From Eledone cirrhosa (lineage: Eukaryota): a stretch of 64,000 nucleotides of DNA. Location of the stretch: contig OZ024752.1 in NCBI GenBank assembly GCA_964016885.1, positions 2,852,001 through 2,916,000 of the forward strand, written 5' to 3'. Shown one piece after another: positions 41,731 through 55,500 of the stretch. Numbering within the stretch: position 1 is the first letter of the stretch; the number at the start of each line of letters is the position of its first letter. The notes beneath the pieces are model-generated. The model saw nothing but the letters and a program-made list of their open reading frames with translations. It searched no databases and was not told the DNA's origin. Position numbers and translations under genes: made by a program.

Positions 41731-41869
41731 GCCTTGAAATATTAAAAGTAAATAGTGAAGATTTAGGCCAGTACATACGTATGCGCCAATGGACATACAC
41801 ATACATATACATACGCACACACAAATACATACACACAAACAAACACACACACACACGCGCGCATCCGCG

Positions 41870-42684
41870 CGTGTGTGTAAAACCTATGCATTTCTACAGT
41901 ATTTTCACGAAACTTAAAATATAGGTTACTTATGTAACTCCGGATGGTCATGGCACTTTCATTTTTCGAGATATTGATTATAGGGCCTCCCGGCAGATAA
42001 CCCCCTTGGAGTCGACTGAAGCACTGCAGTGCTATGCAACAAAACGTCATAACTTCTGGAGTTCGCAACCGATTTTCACAAAACTTGACACATGGGCTAC
42101 GTTTGTTCTACAGATAAATGTGAACGGAACTTAACATTGTAACTTTAACACAGCTACTGAGAAGCGCCGAGCAACGCTAGGCTTTAATGCTATAGGCGAT
42201 ACAGTTGTGCAGACAGACAGTCGTGCAGAGAGGTGATATAGGTGATAAAGTTCTGCAGACAGACAGTCGGGCTGATAGATGATGGAGGCATGCAGACAGA
42301 CAGTCGTTCAGATAAGTGATATAGGCGATGAAGTTGTGCATCCAATTGTCCATCCAATTTCTTTGCTTCAAAATAACTGATAGTTTGGTTACGCTGATTT
42401 TTTTTCTGAGACAAGTGTTGCAGTGTTTACATTTTCGATTTTTGTTAATAGATTACCAGTGCAGTTTTTATCCCCAGCATCATCTCTTGTATTAACATTC
42501 GAGTTATGGTTATGTTTTCTTAACTTCATAAGGCATACTGTTGGTTGAGGGAATATTAATCAAAACTGCCACATGAATATCTGCACAGTAGACTTTACAG
42601 TTTTTAAGCCAAGAAAGGAACTTAACAGTGTAACTTTAACACAACTACTGAGCAGCTCCGAGCAACGCCGGGCTTTACTGCTAG
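41870..42684 (+). mobile_element. Non-autonomous Helitron with a duplicated 3' terminus (5' end uncertain)
   Basis: Ends ccgagcaacgccgggctttactgCTAG|T at 42684. A near-identical terminus at 42127-42194 ends CTAT. Internal repeats of about 50 bp at 42195-42340. Confidence 0.7.
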
Positions 42685-42696
42685 TATATATATATA

Positions 42697-43085
42697 AGTT
42701 TATCCCATGTTTAATCGGGGGTAACCACAATAAGTAAAGTACTCAATACATAGCGGAGAGTAAATAATTAATATAGAATTCGCTTCTACAGGACTAGAAA
42801 TGTTTCATTCGGGAAAAATCATCAGGGAGGCGACCGTCGAGGTAAACTGGTGGTGTTATAACTTTTCTGGTGGAAGGAGAGGCTGGGGATTGGGATGGGT
42901 GGAGGTCATTGGTTGACGGATTTAAAGAATATGGAATTCTTTAAAAACTATATTTAGAGAACAAAGGCAGAGGTAATTCAAGCTGTCTGTAGACAGGTTC
43001 ACACAGGGGGGGGGGGGTTAACTCCTGATTTTTAAGTGTCACTTAAGTTAACAATGGCTCTACTGGTGGCTGAACTGAAATGGTC
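42697..43085 (-). mobile_element. Decayed PLE 3' end with a degenerate HHR (42790-42830)
   Basis: Reverse complement CTGATGA-TTTTTCCCGAAT-GAAA-CATT-TC. Upstream is a TLK..GVN-like GIY-YIG end, and the 3' end lies in (TA)n. Confidence 0.45.
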
Positions 43086-43315
43086 ACATGCTTACAATCA
43101 CACACACACACCTGCCCTCATTCCCACACACACACTCATAAACATACATATATATATATATATATATACATACACCCACATACATATATACACACATACG
43201 CAAACACATATATACACACATACATATACAAATATACATACATATCCACACCCACGTATAGGTCTGTACATACACATATATGTACAAACTTACATATACA
43301 CATATACACACATAT

Positions 43316-43366
<51 letters not shown>

Positions 43367-43502
43367 CATACACATACACACGCACTTATACATATATATA
43401 TACATATATACATACATATATACATACATATATACATACACACAAAAATACATACATATACACATACATATGTACATACATATATATGTTCATACATATA
43501 TA

Positions 43503-43820
43503 TGATGGCTGCTCCCTCGTTATCGAGTATGGCCGTTGCACGATATACCATTATTAATAATTATTTATTAATTCCATCGTGCAATGCCTGTGCGTGAATA
43601 TATTTTTTAAACAGAAGAAATACTATCCACTGAGCCAGTCCTTCTCTCTGAGCGACAGTAGATATAACCCCAACAGAAGAAAAGTTCAACATCATCGCTA
43701 ACTACTGAGCCGCAGGTTTTATATGGGAGTTATCCCAGTTTCAAGCGTTGCCTTCTCCTAGAAGAATTCCCTGACAAAGGCTCGGGTTCCTTCACTCCCA
43801 ATGGTTTAACCACGCGGTAC
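43503..43820 (-). mobile_element. Bipartite RTE-related non-autonomous element
   Basis: The minus strand has an RTE 5'UTR-like ...ctaggagaaggcaac... stretch and an RTE/BovB-like 3' end ...ctcgataacgagggagcagcc. Both are recognised from memory. Confidence 0.45.
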
Positions 43821-43994
43821 ATGTGTATATACATATTTACATACTTTTGGATAGCCGTTGACTCTCATGATTTCTTCCACCATTTGTCAGGTTTTGTTTT
43901 GTGTTCCAAAATCTCATTCCTCAACAAGTAAACTTTGTGGGGTTGCCTGTTTAGTCGCCGACGACCCAACCATTCGACAGGTTGTACTGGGTTA

Positions 43995-44231
43995 CATGTT
44001 ACCAGTAGTACATACAAGTCTTATATAGGAATGACTTCTACCAATGTTAAGACACGCTGCTATGCCCATACGCACTCGTTCAGAGGACCGGACACATCTA
44101 TTCAAACAACATTCGCCTCCTATGACTGGGACCTCCTTTCACACTCAAATGGAAATTACTCCAGAAAGCACGCTCATACGTGGGAGGACGCAAGTCTTGT
44201 GACCTTTGTATTTCAGAGAGCTACCAAATAA
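43995..44231 (+). pseudogene. Naiad-type GIY-YIG endonuclease fragment
   Basis: YKSYIGMTSTNVKTRCYAHTHSFR...TTFASYDW, then after a frameshift LKWKLLQKARSYVGGRKSCDLCISE. Confidence 0.8.
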
Positions 44232-45445
44232 ATCTTTATTATTGACGGACTCCGATTTATATTACATAATAATTATTTTACTTTCAATGATTCAAAATGC
44301 CGACAAATCTTGGGTCTACAATGGGCACAAAGGTAGCCCCCACATTTGCCAACTTAGTCATGGGATTCCATGAACAACAAATTTACATCCAATGCCTTCC
44401 ATTATTCGGAGACTCTTTCCTTACACATCTCAAAAATAATTGCAGAAATAATTCATACAATGGCCGGAAAACATGAATACACTCTCTATTTTCAAAAATA
44501 TGATAAACAATATTAACAATAACGTACAAATCCAACTCCAAGGGAGTAGCCTTCTTGTATATCCTTATTTTAAAAACAGATAGAAGACATCCTTTATAAA
44601 CTCCCGGGCTCCAAACAGTACCTCCTCTTCATATCAAGTCATCCAAAACATACAAAGCTTAACATTCATTTTAACCTAGCCAATCGTATATGCACCATTG
44701 TATCAGACCCAACTAAACGGCATCAAAGACTAAATAAACTAAAAAACACACTTACCTTAAGACATCCCACTTGACATAATTAATAACGGAATTTACAGAG
44801 CGAAACACGCAAATGTTCATCAACTTAACAATTCAAAGCACAGAACCTCGAACAATACCTTACCATATGTATCCACCTTCAACCCCAGACACACCTGCAT
44901 AACCCCCCCCCCATATTCTATTTAAATATGAACACATTTTAAAAGTCCTAGAAACAGACAATTTCGTTAAAATTAAAAGGAAACCGAAATCAGCCAAACA
45001 TATTCTAAGTGGAACAAATATACAGAAATCACTCTCCAATTTACGGTAACAAAATGTCGAAGAACAAACTGTGGCACATTCCTATACTTAATTGAAGGAC
45101 AAAAATTCACATTCAAAAATGGCCAAATTTTACAGTGAAAAACAACTTCACTTGCAACTGAGGGAACCTGATCTACGTAATCACATGCGGTGGTTGTCAA
45201 AATAACTACATAGGAGAGAGAGCTTTGTCATTACGCAAATTAATGACCATCCATCGCCAAAATGTCCGAGACCTAAACGCTAGAAAAATGCCCTTAAGTA
45301 GCCTCATTGCAGATTGGGCAGGAATAACCTGATCCTACATTAAAATCTACCCCCTTTATCATTGATCAGATACTTTCACACAACAACAAAGAATGAATAA
45401 AGAAAATCTATGTATTTACAGATTTAAACCCAAATTAAATATGTA
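44232..45445 (+). mobile_element. Neptune-like PLE RT-Zn-GIY-YIG fragment, pseudogenised
   Basis: FILHNNYFTFN...MGTKVAPTFANLVMG; SSHPKHTK; KCRRTNCGT; CN*GNLIYVITCGGCQNNYIGE; FKPKLNM*. Confidence 0.88.
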
Positions 45446-45535
45446 ACCACCCCCATTGGAATGTTCCTAAGGACCTATTGACTAAGCACACACACATATA
45501 CAGGCAGATTGATACATTTGCCCATATACACGAGC

Positions 45536-45575
<40 letters not shown>

Positions 45576-45583
<8 letters not shown>

Positions 45584-45920
45584 ATACTTGGGGAGCGTCA
45601 TATTGTTGTAATACTATTGCCAGAATTACTACAAAACACATTCACAGTTTGGTTGGTTTTCGCTTCTGTATCTTTTATATCAGTTAATGTATTCGGTCCT
45701 CAATGTTTACCATTGACTGAACAAAAATACAGATATAATATAGATACAAACACATATATATAGTCTAACAAAGTTCTTTCGTTGCACATCTGCAACATCG
45801 TCGGCGGTGCTATTATGTTTCCTCCTGTTGTATTGTATGTCTACGACATCTTTATTTAATCTGTTTATTTATTTATTTATTTATTTATTTTTGTCATCTC
45901 TTCGCATGCGTTTGCGCGCG
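45576..45920 (-). mobile_element. Tail-less end of an F1-related PLE family with a degenerate HHR (45767-45808)
   Basis: Starts (TA)n|attgttatacttgggga, like F1. Reverse-complement HHR: CCGACGA-T-GTTGCA-GATG-TGCAAC-GAAA-GAAC-TT-TG. Confidence 0.65.
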
Positions 45921-45931
45921 TGTATAGTGCT

Positions 45932-46001
<70 letters not shown>

Positions 46002-46297
46002 ACATATATATACACACACGCACACTCACTCTTTCTCTTTCCTCTCCTCCTACACACGCACACACATTCGTATGTTTAATTACACACTCACACGTACACA
46101 CATAACTTCTAAAACAATAATCCCAAAATAGAATTTATTTTGACATCCCATTTGCCACTTTACCCGATAGCAATTGGCTCTAGCTTACATTATTCCCCAT
46201 TCACCACCCAATCTTAACTCTTGACACATCTCACACAATTGAGATTATTCCTAAAAAAGATATATTATGTGAAAAGACACAACCACCAACACTATTG

Positions 46298-46362
<65 letters not shown>

Positions 46363-46390
46363 GCTACTACTACTACTACTACTACTATTA
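46298..46390. repeat. (CTA)n microsatellite
   Basis: Seen directly. Confidence 0.97.
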
Positions 46391-46536
46391 CCACTATGAC
46401 TACCTCTCTCTTTATATATAAGGTACAATTTTAGACCCAGTCTTTACAACAAGAAAGATAAACAGACCTTTTCAACACTAAATTGTAAACTTAAAATGTT
46501 TCATTTTTTTTTAAATTCTTTTTAATTGTAATATTC

Positions 46537-46584
46537 AACATTTGAAAAGATGGTTTACACTGATACATCGAAACCGGTTATATT
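46537..46584 (+). ncRNA. Degenerate HHR in a PLE 3'-end fragment (about 46421-46700)
   Basis: AACAT-TTGAAAA-GATG...CATC-GAAA-CCGG-TT-ATATT; helix III palindrome ACCGGT; core carries two mutations. Confidence 0.55.
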
Positions 46585-46779
46585 TTATTATAGCTTAATT
46601 ATTAGTTTGTTTGTGTTACGTAGTTTCTTTTAGTAGTGCATTGATGTCGTTTTGTAGTTTGTTGTAACGTGATCGTTTTTTTTTTATTTGGTTAAACATA
46701 CAAATAGACAACGAGCACCATAAATGAACCGAATACTAATATAAGGACCCCTAGGAACTATAGAAAATCCAGAGATAGG

Positions 46780-48363
46780 AAATACCTATAGTTCAATACA
46801 GTATTTAACTCCTATATAAAAAACAAACTGCCTGCTACATTCTTTAAACTAATTGATAAGCACTTCCCTAAACTTCACAAATGACATAACAATTTAATAG
46901 AAAAACTATCAAACTGTCTTACTCTACTGCAGCCAACATAGAATCACACATACATAAAATTAACTATAGAAGAATCTCGAATGAAAATAACCTACAATCA
47001 AACACCATAACACCAACTACAAAACACAACCACATAACAACATCGCAACCACACACAAGTCAGAAAGCATCACAACAAAATATCAACAAACCCAAATCTC
47101 AGCACATACATTGCAACATACAAAACCGCATCGAAGAATCGGCACACAGGAAAACCTCAAAGTGTAGCTATCACTTACCGGTTAAGTGCCCACTTCAAAA
47201 TAGATGCCTGGAATCAAATATAGTGTACCTGTGTACTATAAATTCAAGCAACTTAGCATGGCACTACATACGTTCTACGGCTGGGGAGTTTAAAAAAAGA
47301 TGGTACGTTCACAACAGACATTCTATAAAGAAACGTAGCCTAATGAACACAACAACGTTCGCCAATAAAATCTGGCAGCTTAAAGATACAAACCAAGATT
47401 ACGGGATTAGCTGGTCGAAAATGTTGATTGCAAAGGCCTACAGAAATGGAATGTCCCACTGCGAACTTTGCAATATGGAGTTGCTCCATATTTTAAAGTA
47501 TGACAAAATGCTGCTTAACAGCAAAATAGAACGGTCAATTTTCTGTAGGCATAAAGCAGCTACTAAATTCGTTGATTTCAAACCAACATGATTCGATCCA
47601 ACAATCCCATAATTCAAACTAAACCACTTAGAGTCTATTATGATAACCCATTATTTTTAAATGTCAATAGATAAACTAATCAATGAATCAACATCATAAC
47701 CTCCTAACCTTTCCTTCTTTCACTCTATTTCCCTAAAACTATTTCACCTCTTCCATTATATCCTATCATGTTTTCTTCACCTCTCACATGACTTCCAAAT
47801 TATTAATTTATCCTTTATTTAGCACTGTACTATTTCTTCATAATATAATTTAACCAATACATATATATTTAGTACTTTCATGTTTATACCATCACATCTT
47901 TATACTTTAACCACCACCACTACACACCAAAACTATTTTCAACAATCATATTATGTTCACTTTTTTTCACACACATATATTTTTTTACTTATTTTTTATC
48001 ATCTTCATTCTAACTTATTTATTATTATTTATCTATTATGTTTTCTTTTTCTTTTTTCTTTTTTCTTTTTTTCTGTTTTTCTTCTTTTTTTCTTTTTTTC
48101 TTTTTTTCTGTTTTTCTTTTTTTCTTTTTTTCTTTTTTCTTTTTCATTCTTTGTTACTGATGTGATTTGAATTCTCCTAGTATATTGCACACGCCGTGTA
48201 TCAGTTATTCTGATGATTTGATTAGGCATACACTGTATTTAAAATTGAGTGACACAACTTCAAGTGATTAGCAATTTTTAGACACCCTAATCAATGAAAC
48301 AATTGTTAATACTGCAATTAAAAGCCTTCTTATACTGTTGATCATGTTATTCTTCAATCTTTC
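46780..48363 (+). mobile_element. 5'-truncated Naiad-like PLE (thumb, GIY-YIG and 3'UTR with HHR)
   Basis: IDKHFPKLHK..FNRKTIKLSYST; CSYH..KCPLQNRCLESNIVY; FKKRW..H...IWQLK...CELCNME...LLNSKIE..CRHK. Ends in (TA)n. Confidence 0.9.
48202..48314 (+). ncRNA. Type-I hammerhead ribozyme with a long helix II, intact core
   Basis: CAG(T)TATT-CTGATGA-T-TTGATTAGG...CCTAATCAA-T-GAAA-CAATTG-TT-AATACTG. Confidence 0.85.
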
Positions 48364-48384
48364 ACTATATATATATATATACAT

Positions 48385-48496
<112 letters not shown>

Positions 48497-48797
48497 ACTC
48501 TCATTCAACCCTATAGACACACGTAGCTGATCAGAATAGTATGACGTTATGTTCTAGGGGACTTATGAAAGTTTGTCATATTATCACAGACAATTTATAT
48601 TTAGTCAAGTCCGTATGATCAATGAGTTCGCTTCTATGATTCCATTCGATTAATATATAGAGGAAACAACTCAATGATTTCTCTGAATGGGTTTATTTTT
48701 TTTATTGAATGAACATTAGAAAAGCAGAAAGGAAAGGCTTCAGACGAGTCAGTTATTATTCTTGTTGTTGTATATATTATTATAATATGTATTTCAT

Positions 48798-48801
<4 letters not shown>

Positions 48802-48863
<62 letters not shown>

Positions 48864-48920
48864 ATAGTAGTCGTATTAGCAGTAGTAGTATTAGTAGCAG
48901 CAGCAGAAGTAGTAGTAGTA
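48802..48920. repeat. (GTA)n microsatellite
   Basis: Seen directly. Confidence 0.95.
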
Positions 48921-49527
48921 ATTGTGACATTTGTTATTGATGACGGTTTATTGGTAAGACAGAACACCGCAGTGTAGAGATCAATACCTGGAGTACTAGC
49001 TTACCTATGTCATCTTAATTTCACAGAATAACAGTATCAGAAGATGAAGGCATCACCCCCGTCAATATCTCAGATATGTGTTAAGTAAACAAACGTAACA
49101 CTAACGCCAACATTAGCAGGTCAGAAAATGTAACCGAAAGTAAATCAAAGCAATTGTGGCGCCATCAACATTACAAGCACTATTTTGAATTGCCCTACTG
49201 AAGTTTCGAAAGTGACCAATAGCGGTAAAACTACAGTAGCAACCAACTACACAGCAAAGCTGCTGCAAGTCAGACAACTGTTCTGGAATATCAGACAGTA
49301 GATGATAAACAATTAATAGAGGACAATATGTTGTACAAAAAATAGGTCGCATCTGAGACCTGGATTTCTGATGTGATAGAATATACAAATCAAGGTACGA
49401 CAAAGCTGCATCGAAGCCAACAGTTTTGCTAGAGATGTCAACATAAATCGACCTGTTATTTTTATCTAAATACATTTTTTCCAATTCCATTCCGCCCGTC
49501 CCCTCAATCTATTTTATTTATCATTAT

Positions 49528-49565
49528 GTTTTCCGATGAAGGACTAGCCTCCGAAACGTTAAGAC
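49528..49565 (+). ncRNA. Minimal HHR, U4>C variant
   Basis: GTTTT-CCGATGA-A-GGA-CTAGCC-TCC-GAAA-CG-TT-AAGAC; about 85 bp before TA/TG microsatellites. Confidence 0.65.
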
Positions 49566-49651
49566 CCTCTACCTGATACATCAAGATTTAACCTAATATA
49601 TCCCTTACATATACTGTACCGATTGTGTTGTTATTTTTGTTTACCTGTTAC

Positions 49652-49972
<321 letters not shown>

Positions 49973-50393
49973 TCATTGAAGTTCAAGTGAACTATCATTT
50001 TTTAAGATATCTTTACTCAGCTAGAATATGGTTAATGGGAATAACATTTGGCAAATTTACAAAATCAAAGGAAGCCATTTAAACATCTGCTAAGTTTCAC
50101 TGTGCAATATAATTGGATTTGGAGAGCATCATGTAAGCTTGACTTCTCCTGAGATAGAACAACTGGTGCTCTAATCGATTTCTCCGAGGTTTGTGATCCG
50201 TCATTGATCACTGCACGCCTGAGTCGAATCATTGTGGGATAGATTAATTACACAATCCAGACAGTTGCAATCAACATTTGGAACTTTGTCCAATACATCT
50301 CCCAGTGATAGGAATTGATTAGAAATGCGCAGGAAGAGCTAATGCGGAGTTATATTATTTGTATGTTTAAGAGAGAGAAAATGATATATATAT

Positions 50394-50447
<54 letters not shown>

Positions 50448-52259
50448 GGATAGATATAGAGGGAAAGAATGAAAGGGAAATGGAAAGACAGAAAAAAGAG
50501 ATACATCTTACAACATTGAATATGTTTAGTTTTCACAGACTTTATCAAGTTGAGTTATTTTGGAGAATCACCTCAAACGCCCATTAGAAGATATATAAAT
50601 ACAGACAGCTATACCAATAAGCTTGATTTAAATGTATAGACTCACTTTAATTAGAATCTCTGACTGTCAATACTTTAATATATATAGATTTTTACACTAC
50701 GTTTTCTTCCAGAAAATTCATTTATTTATATTATGCGCACATTCCCCCTACACCATAGTCGAACGTTCTTCTACTGCCTGACATCCTAGATAATTTCTAT
50801 AGTGAAATTGGTATGTTAGCTTTTAACCGACGATGCTGTATTGTTGACATAAAGTTGTTGATTTTCAATGTATTCAATACTGGTATATAACACCAAATTG
50901 AAAATATGCGGCACGGTTAGGTAATTACCGTTGGAAAAACCAACCATCCGTCCAACAACATATCGCTTCATGTTATCGATTGAAGAAATCTTGCCATCCA
51001 ATAATTCTTTTAAACAAATGTATTTTTCCAATTATGGAACCAATCTTAATGGGAAGAAATATATTAAAATATTTCAAAATCAATGACTTACCCTTGCTGC
51101 AGTTTTATCCTTCCATGTCACTTACTAACGCTTCAGTCTTACTATAACATCTTGCACGTGAGTGTGAAACGTTGTCAGCGAAAAAAAGATCTAATATTTC
51201 TTCTTGAATGTGAAACTATTTATTTTAGTATTATGGCCTTGTCTTCTGCAGCTAAATGTATCTGTATGCGAATATGTTTAGTCTGGTTTCCTGCTAGCAA
51301 ATTGACTTAACACATAAACAATTGGTTGATTTATGTGTTGAATGATACGTAAGATTCTGTTGTTTCAAATTTTGTTAGGCTTGCTAGTAACTTTCTGGGA
51401 TTTTAACATGTATACGTCTAAAGCAGATAATGACACGAATTTACTTTTTTTTTTAAGCTACGAATGTGTAATTTTAGAAAAGCATTAACACCTTTCTCTA
51501 CCAGATTGTATCACACTTTAAACGACTATTTCTCATTTGAATCATTCCAACAACGGAGAAAAAGCAGGGAATCTAACTTGTCACATCGAATCAGATAACT
51601 TATAAGGGAAATAATACAAAGTTAGTATAGATATTGATTGTAGATCTATGTGTTTCAAGTATTTGTCGTATAAGCCCGTGATACCTCAGCGTGATCAGAA
51701 AAAAATATATTCTAGCCATGTAAATCGCATTAGTTTGGGCAAATGCTATATAAATACATTATAAAAAACATGGTCTCTATTTTACGATAAGGTACACTCC
51801 ATGGTCACTTTTTGTTTTCAGCATATTATGATTTGGCTGTTATTTCTAACAGCAAATCTAGCAGGCCAAATAAGTTGTACACGTTGATTATATAGATACA
51901 GTTTTGAATAAGATTTAAAATTTCAATTTGTTTGTTCGAATATATTTGTGATGTATATACGGATAACTATCAAGTGACAAAACTGTTTAAAACTTTAAAA
52001 GCAAATCCATGATGCAATGTTCATTCCTAAGTGTATGTGGCAATGAGATTACTCGTACTCTGAGAGATATGTTTGGTTTAAAAACATTGGAATTGCCTTC
52101 GTTTAGTTTTGAACATAAATATTACAAAATCATTCAAGAAATGAATTATTTAATATGAATGAATGTATTCCTGGTTGTAAAATATATAGTACACTAATTT
52201 TCTTGTTAACGTTTCAATGTAAAAAAAATCGATTATTTCCTACGATTTATCAGTTTATA

Positions 52260-52565
52260 TAAGTTAAACAAAGGATACATGGGCCAATGATAGCACACAT
52301 ACAATATGCAGATCTGACATGGCTGCTCCATGATGAGACAATGCGCCAACTTTATTTACGGTGTAAATGTGACCAGTTGAATTTAGTAGGTAAAGAGAGA
52401 GTTTTGAAGATGATCTAAGGTCTGGGCGTCTGCAACTGCCACACTAAGGAAAACAATGATCGTATTGATCACATGGTGGTACATACATTATGATTGATTA
52501 TAAATCAAATAGCATATGCTATTAGCATATACCGTGAGATAATTGAGTATATTTTGCACAATGAT
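52260..52565 (+). pseudogene. Mariner-type transposase N-terminal (HTH) remnant
   Basis: EFSR*RESFEDDLRSGR..ATA..KENNDRIDHMVV...INQIAYAISIYREIIEYILHND, a typical mariner motif. Confidence 0.8.
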
Positions 52566-55500
52566 ATGTTCCATATGACATACGTAAATATCATATAGCT
52601 TGAGCAATAGGATAATATACATCTATGCTATTGAGGAAAGACTAGACATTTTAACGAAATATTATTGCTAATATATGTCATTTAAATATTCTATAATTTG
52701 CTCCATGTGAAATGTATGAATGGTATTATAGGAAGAAATTAATATAACGTGAAGATTTGCTAATCTTCAATTTGAAGAAAGACGTGATTTCCTCTAAATA
52801 TATGGTGAGCCTGTGTTTGGTGGGCCTATTAATTCTTTAAACGTTTCATTGATACCAGTACGTTATAGTTGCAATGGTGTTGATGAAAGAGCCAGAAATC
52901 CTGAAATACATCATTGGGAATCTTATACTATTATGCAGATACCTGTAGATATTTTGTGTATTCACTGTATGTACAGCAGGAATATCCACTGACGATATAG
53001 TGTGTAATATTATTCTTTTCTTTTCTTTTATTTTGTAAAATGTAGTTATTTCCCTATATTACACTCTGTTCAACAAAGATACATTGCTAAATACATAAAT
53101 TAATTGAAGGCTGTTATTATAGAAAATAATTCAACAGGAGATATGTAAAATTTCCTGAAAAAATATTGTAAACAGAAACAAACAAGTAAAATATTCTATT
53201 AACAATGGAAGCTATTACATAGAACAATGCATTTATGTGGACAACTACTACACTATTGGTGTGATATAACAGAGGGTACGAGATTTATTGTTCCCGAGTA
53301 TTCGGGAAGAGGAAAACAATTATAGTTTAGCAACATAAATTAGAAGACAGTTAAAGGTTGAAATTCAAGATAATTTAGCTGAGAATATTAAGTATAGCAA
53401 CAGAGGCAAACTCATGTACAAACAGGTACACACACATCCATGCGTATATATATATATATGGGGTTGGGTGCATGTGCATAATGATGAACAATTGTTATGT
53501 AGAGGAAACAATAGGCAGTAAAAATTATTTGCAGTTCCAACATACAGCCATAAATGGTTTGTTGTGGAACAATGGAAACAAACAATAAGAAATGCAATCT
53601 TTGTACATTTATAACTCTCCTGCTTAAAAGCCATCAATTTGGTGAGAAGAAAAACGTCATGCAAGAAATAAACATAAGGATGATGTAAAATTATATGAAT
53701 ACATCTCATTTTTATTCCATTTTATGAACAATGTTGGTTCATATTTTATTAAAGAGACATCAAATATTTTCATAGTAAATACATATGAAAAATACTCTTT
53801 AATTGTCAGATCACACATATACATATTTATATAAACATAACCATGTACATACACACATATACACTTTTTCTCTTTCTAATTTTTTCTTCTTTGCTTTCTT
53901 GTTAAAGCACACGTTTTCTTAACTTTTTCTTGTAACGCTCACTCTCACACACTCTCTTGATTTCTGTCTCATGTATGACTATAATAACTACAATACATAT
54001 AACTGGTTGTTTAAGTACACCGATATATCCTCTTGTCAAAATATATGTGTTTTTAACTGGAAACATAAGCGCACATAAACACAAATACGCATGCCCACAC
54101 ATACGTATGTGTGTGTCTATGTATTTACGAGTCACGATGTATGTCTTATGTATGTATACTGTAAAGCCATTCGCGTAATTTGTGCAATACATTTACTGTT
54201 TACTTGTTGATAGAGTAATATGCAAATGAATAATTATATGCGAATGAGACAATGTTATCAGTTGCTTTTCATTGTTATGTATAAACATATACAAAAAAGG
54301 TATTTAAAAATCCCATTAATGGGAAATATTGGAGAAAATCGTAAGTAAATTGCATCAACATTTTATTTTATTCATTCTCTACTGCTGTTTCAATTTGATG
54401 TATGCGGTAATAAAAGCTGTATTGTAATCATTATAATTGTCCCTAAAATCACGTATTAATTGAAAGTCAATTAGAAATAAAATTCTATAGTGCACTATCT
54501 CCATTTCTAAGACGAAAGGAAGACATTAAGAAAATTGGGATATTGATATCACCAGCAGGTCTTTGCGTGCCGTAGAATAGATAAAGCTAACGACACATAG
54601 CTTGCAGCGAGAATAATTTTTAGCTTTAATTATCCTTTGTATCAATACAATATAATGTACACCGTAATGGCTAAAGTTACATTTTTAACAATATCCAGTC
54701 CGGAGTTATTCAGTAGTGGAATTGGTTCATAATCATGTCATCTGATCGAACTGCAGCATTTTCATTAATTCTATAGTTGAACTACATTAAATTCGACAAT
54801 GTTTATTACAGCACCATTATAATTTGAAAATAATTTAGCTATGGAATTTTCCAACGCATGGTTGATGGTAGGGTACTGACCGATATATATTTAAAAATAT
54901 ATGTGACATCTTAAGCAGATACCAGCTGAGATAGATGACGCTGCACCTGTGCTTGTCCATATAAAATGTAGACAGCAGTTTCTGGAAGAGTGGACTATAT
55001 ATATTTCGTTGGCTGACATATCTAATTTGTCAAATTGCTTAACAACATTATCTGACTATTAGCATATGTATTACTTCTCAGGTTTTGGAATGGCAGCATG
55101 TACTATGGATGGGATTTTCCCCTCACCTTTCACCAACTAAATTTGAAACTACTCAAAAGTGATACACTGACTGAGTAATCTCGAAAACAAATGAACACAT
55201 TACACAGACATATACACATTGAAAGTTATTATACTCGCTTTATTTGTTTTCATAATGTAGTAATTTATTCCTAGTTGAAACTGGATTAACCAAACATCTG
55301 GTCCATGGATTTCGACCATTGCCAAACATATTTATTCAGGTATTGTGTATCTTGTATACACTAATTGGTTCTTAAAAAGGATTGTGGGTGTGAAACGAGA
55401 CACATTTGTCAGATTTGTCTAGCAAGACAAATTTCGTTGGTCCACAGCTCGCATTTTCTTGCTATGCCTATTTTACCTTCCTTACCGATCAACAAGCACA

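Noticed and set aside
42195-42340. CRISPR-like repeats
   Set aside because: An irregular minisatellite without unique spacers, in eukaryotic context with no cas genes.
45150-45170. In-frame TGA near the Neptune Zn-finger and GIY motif
   Set aside because: It is at the usual Ser position (TCA>TGA) in a heavily frameshifted copy.
46780-47700. Selenocysteine recoding and SECIS as reported for some Naiad elements
   Set aside because: Conserved Cys positions are not TGA (they read Cys or are substituted). The TGA at about 46882 sits at a Leu-like position, and I could not fold a SECIS after the stop.
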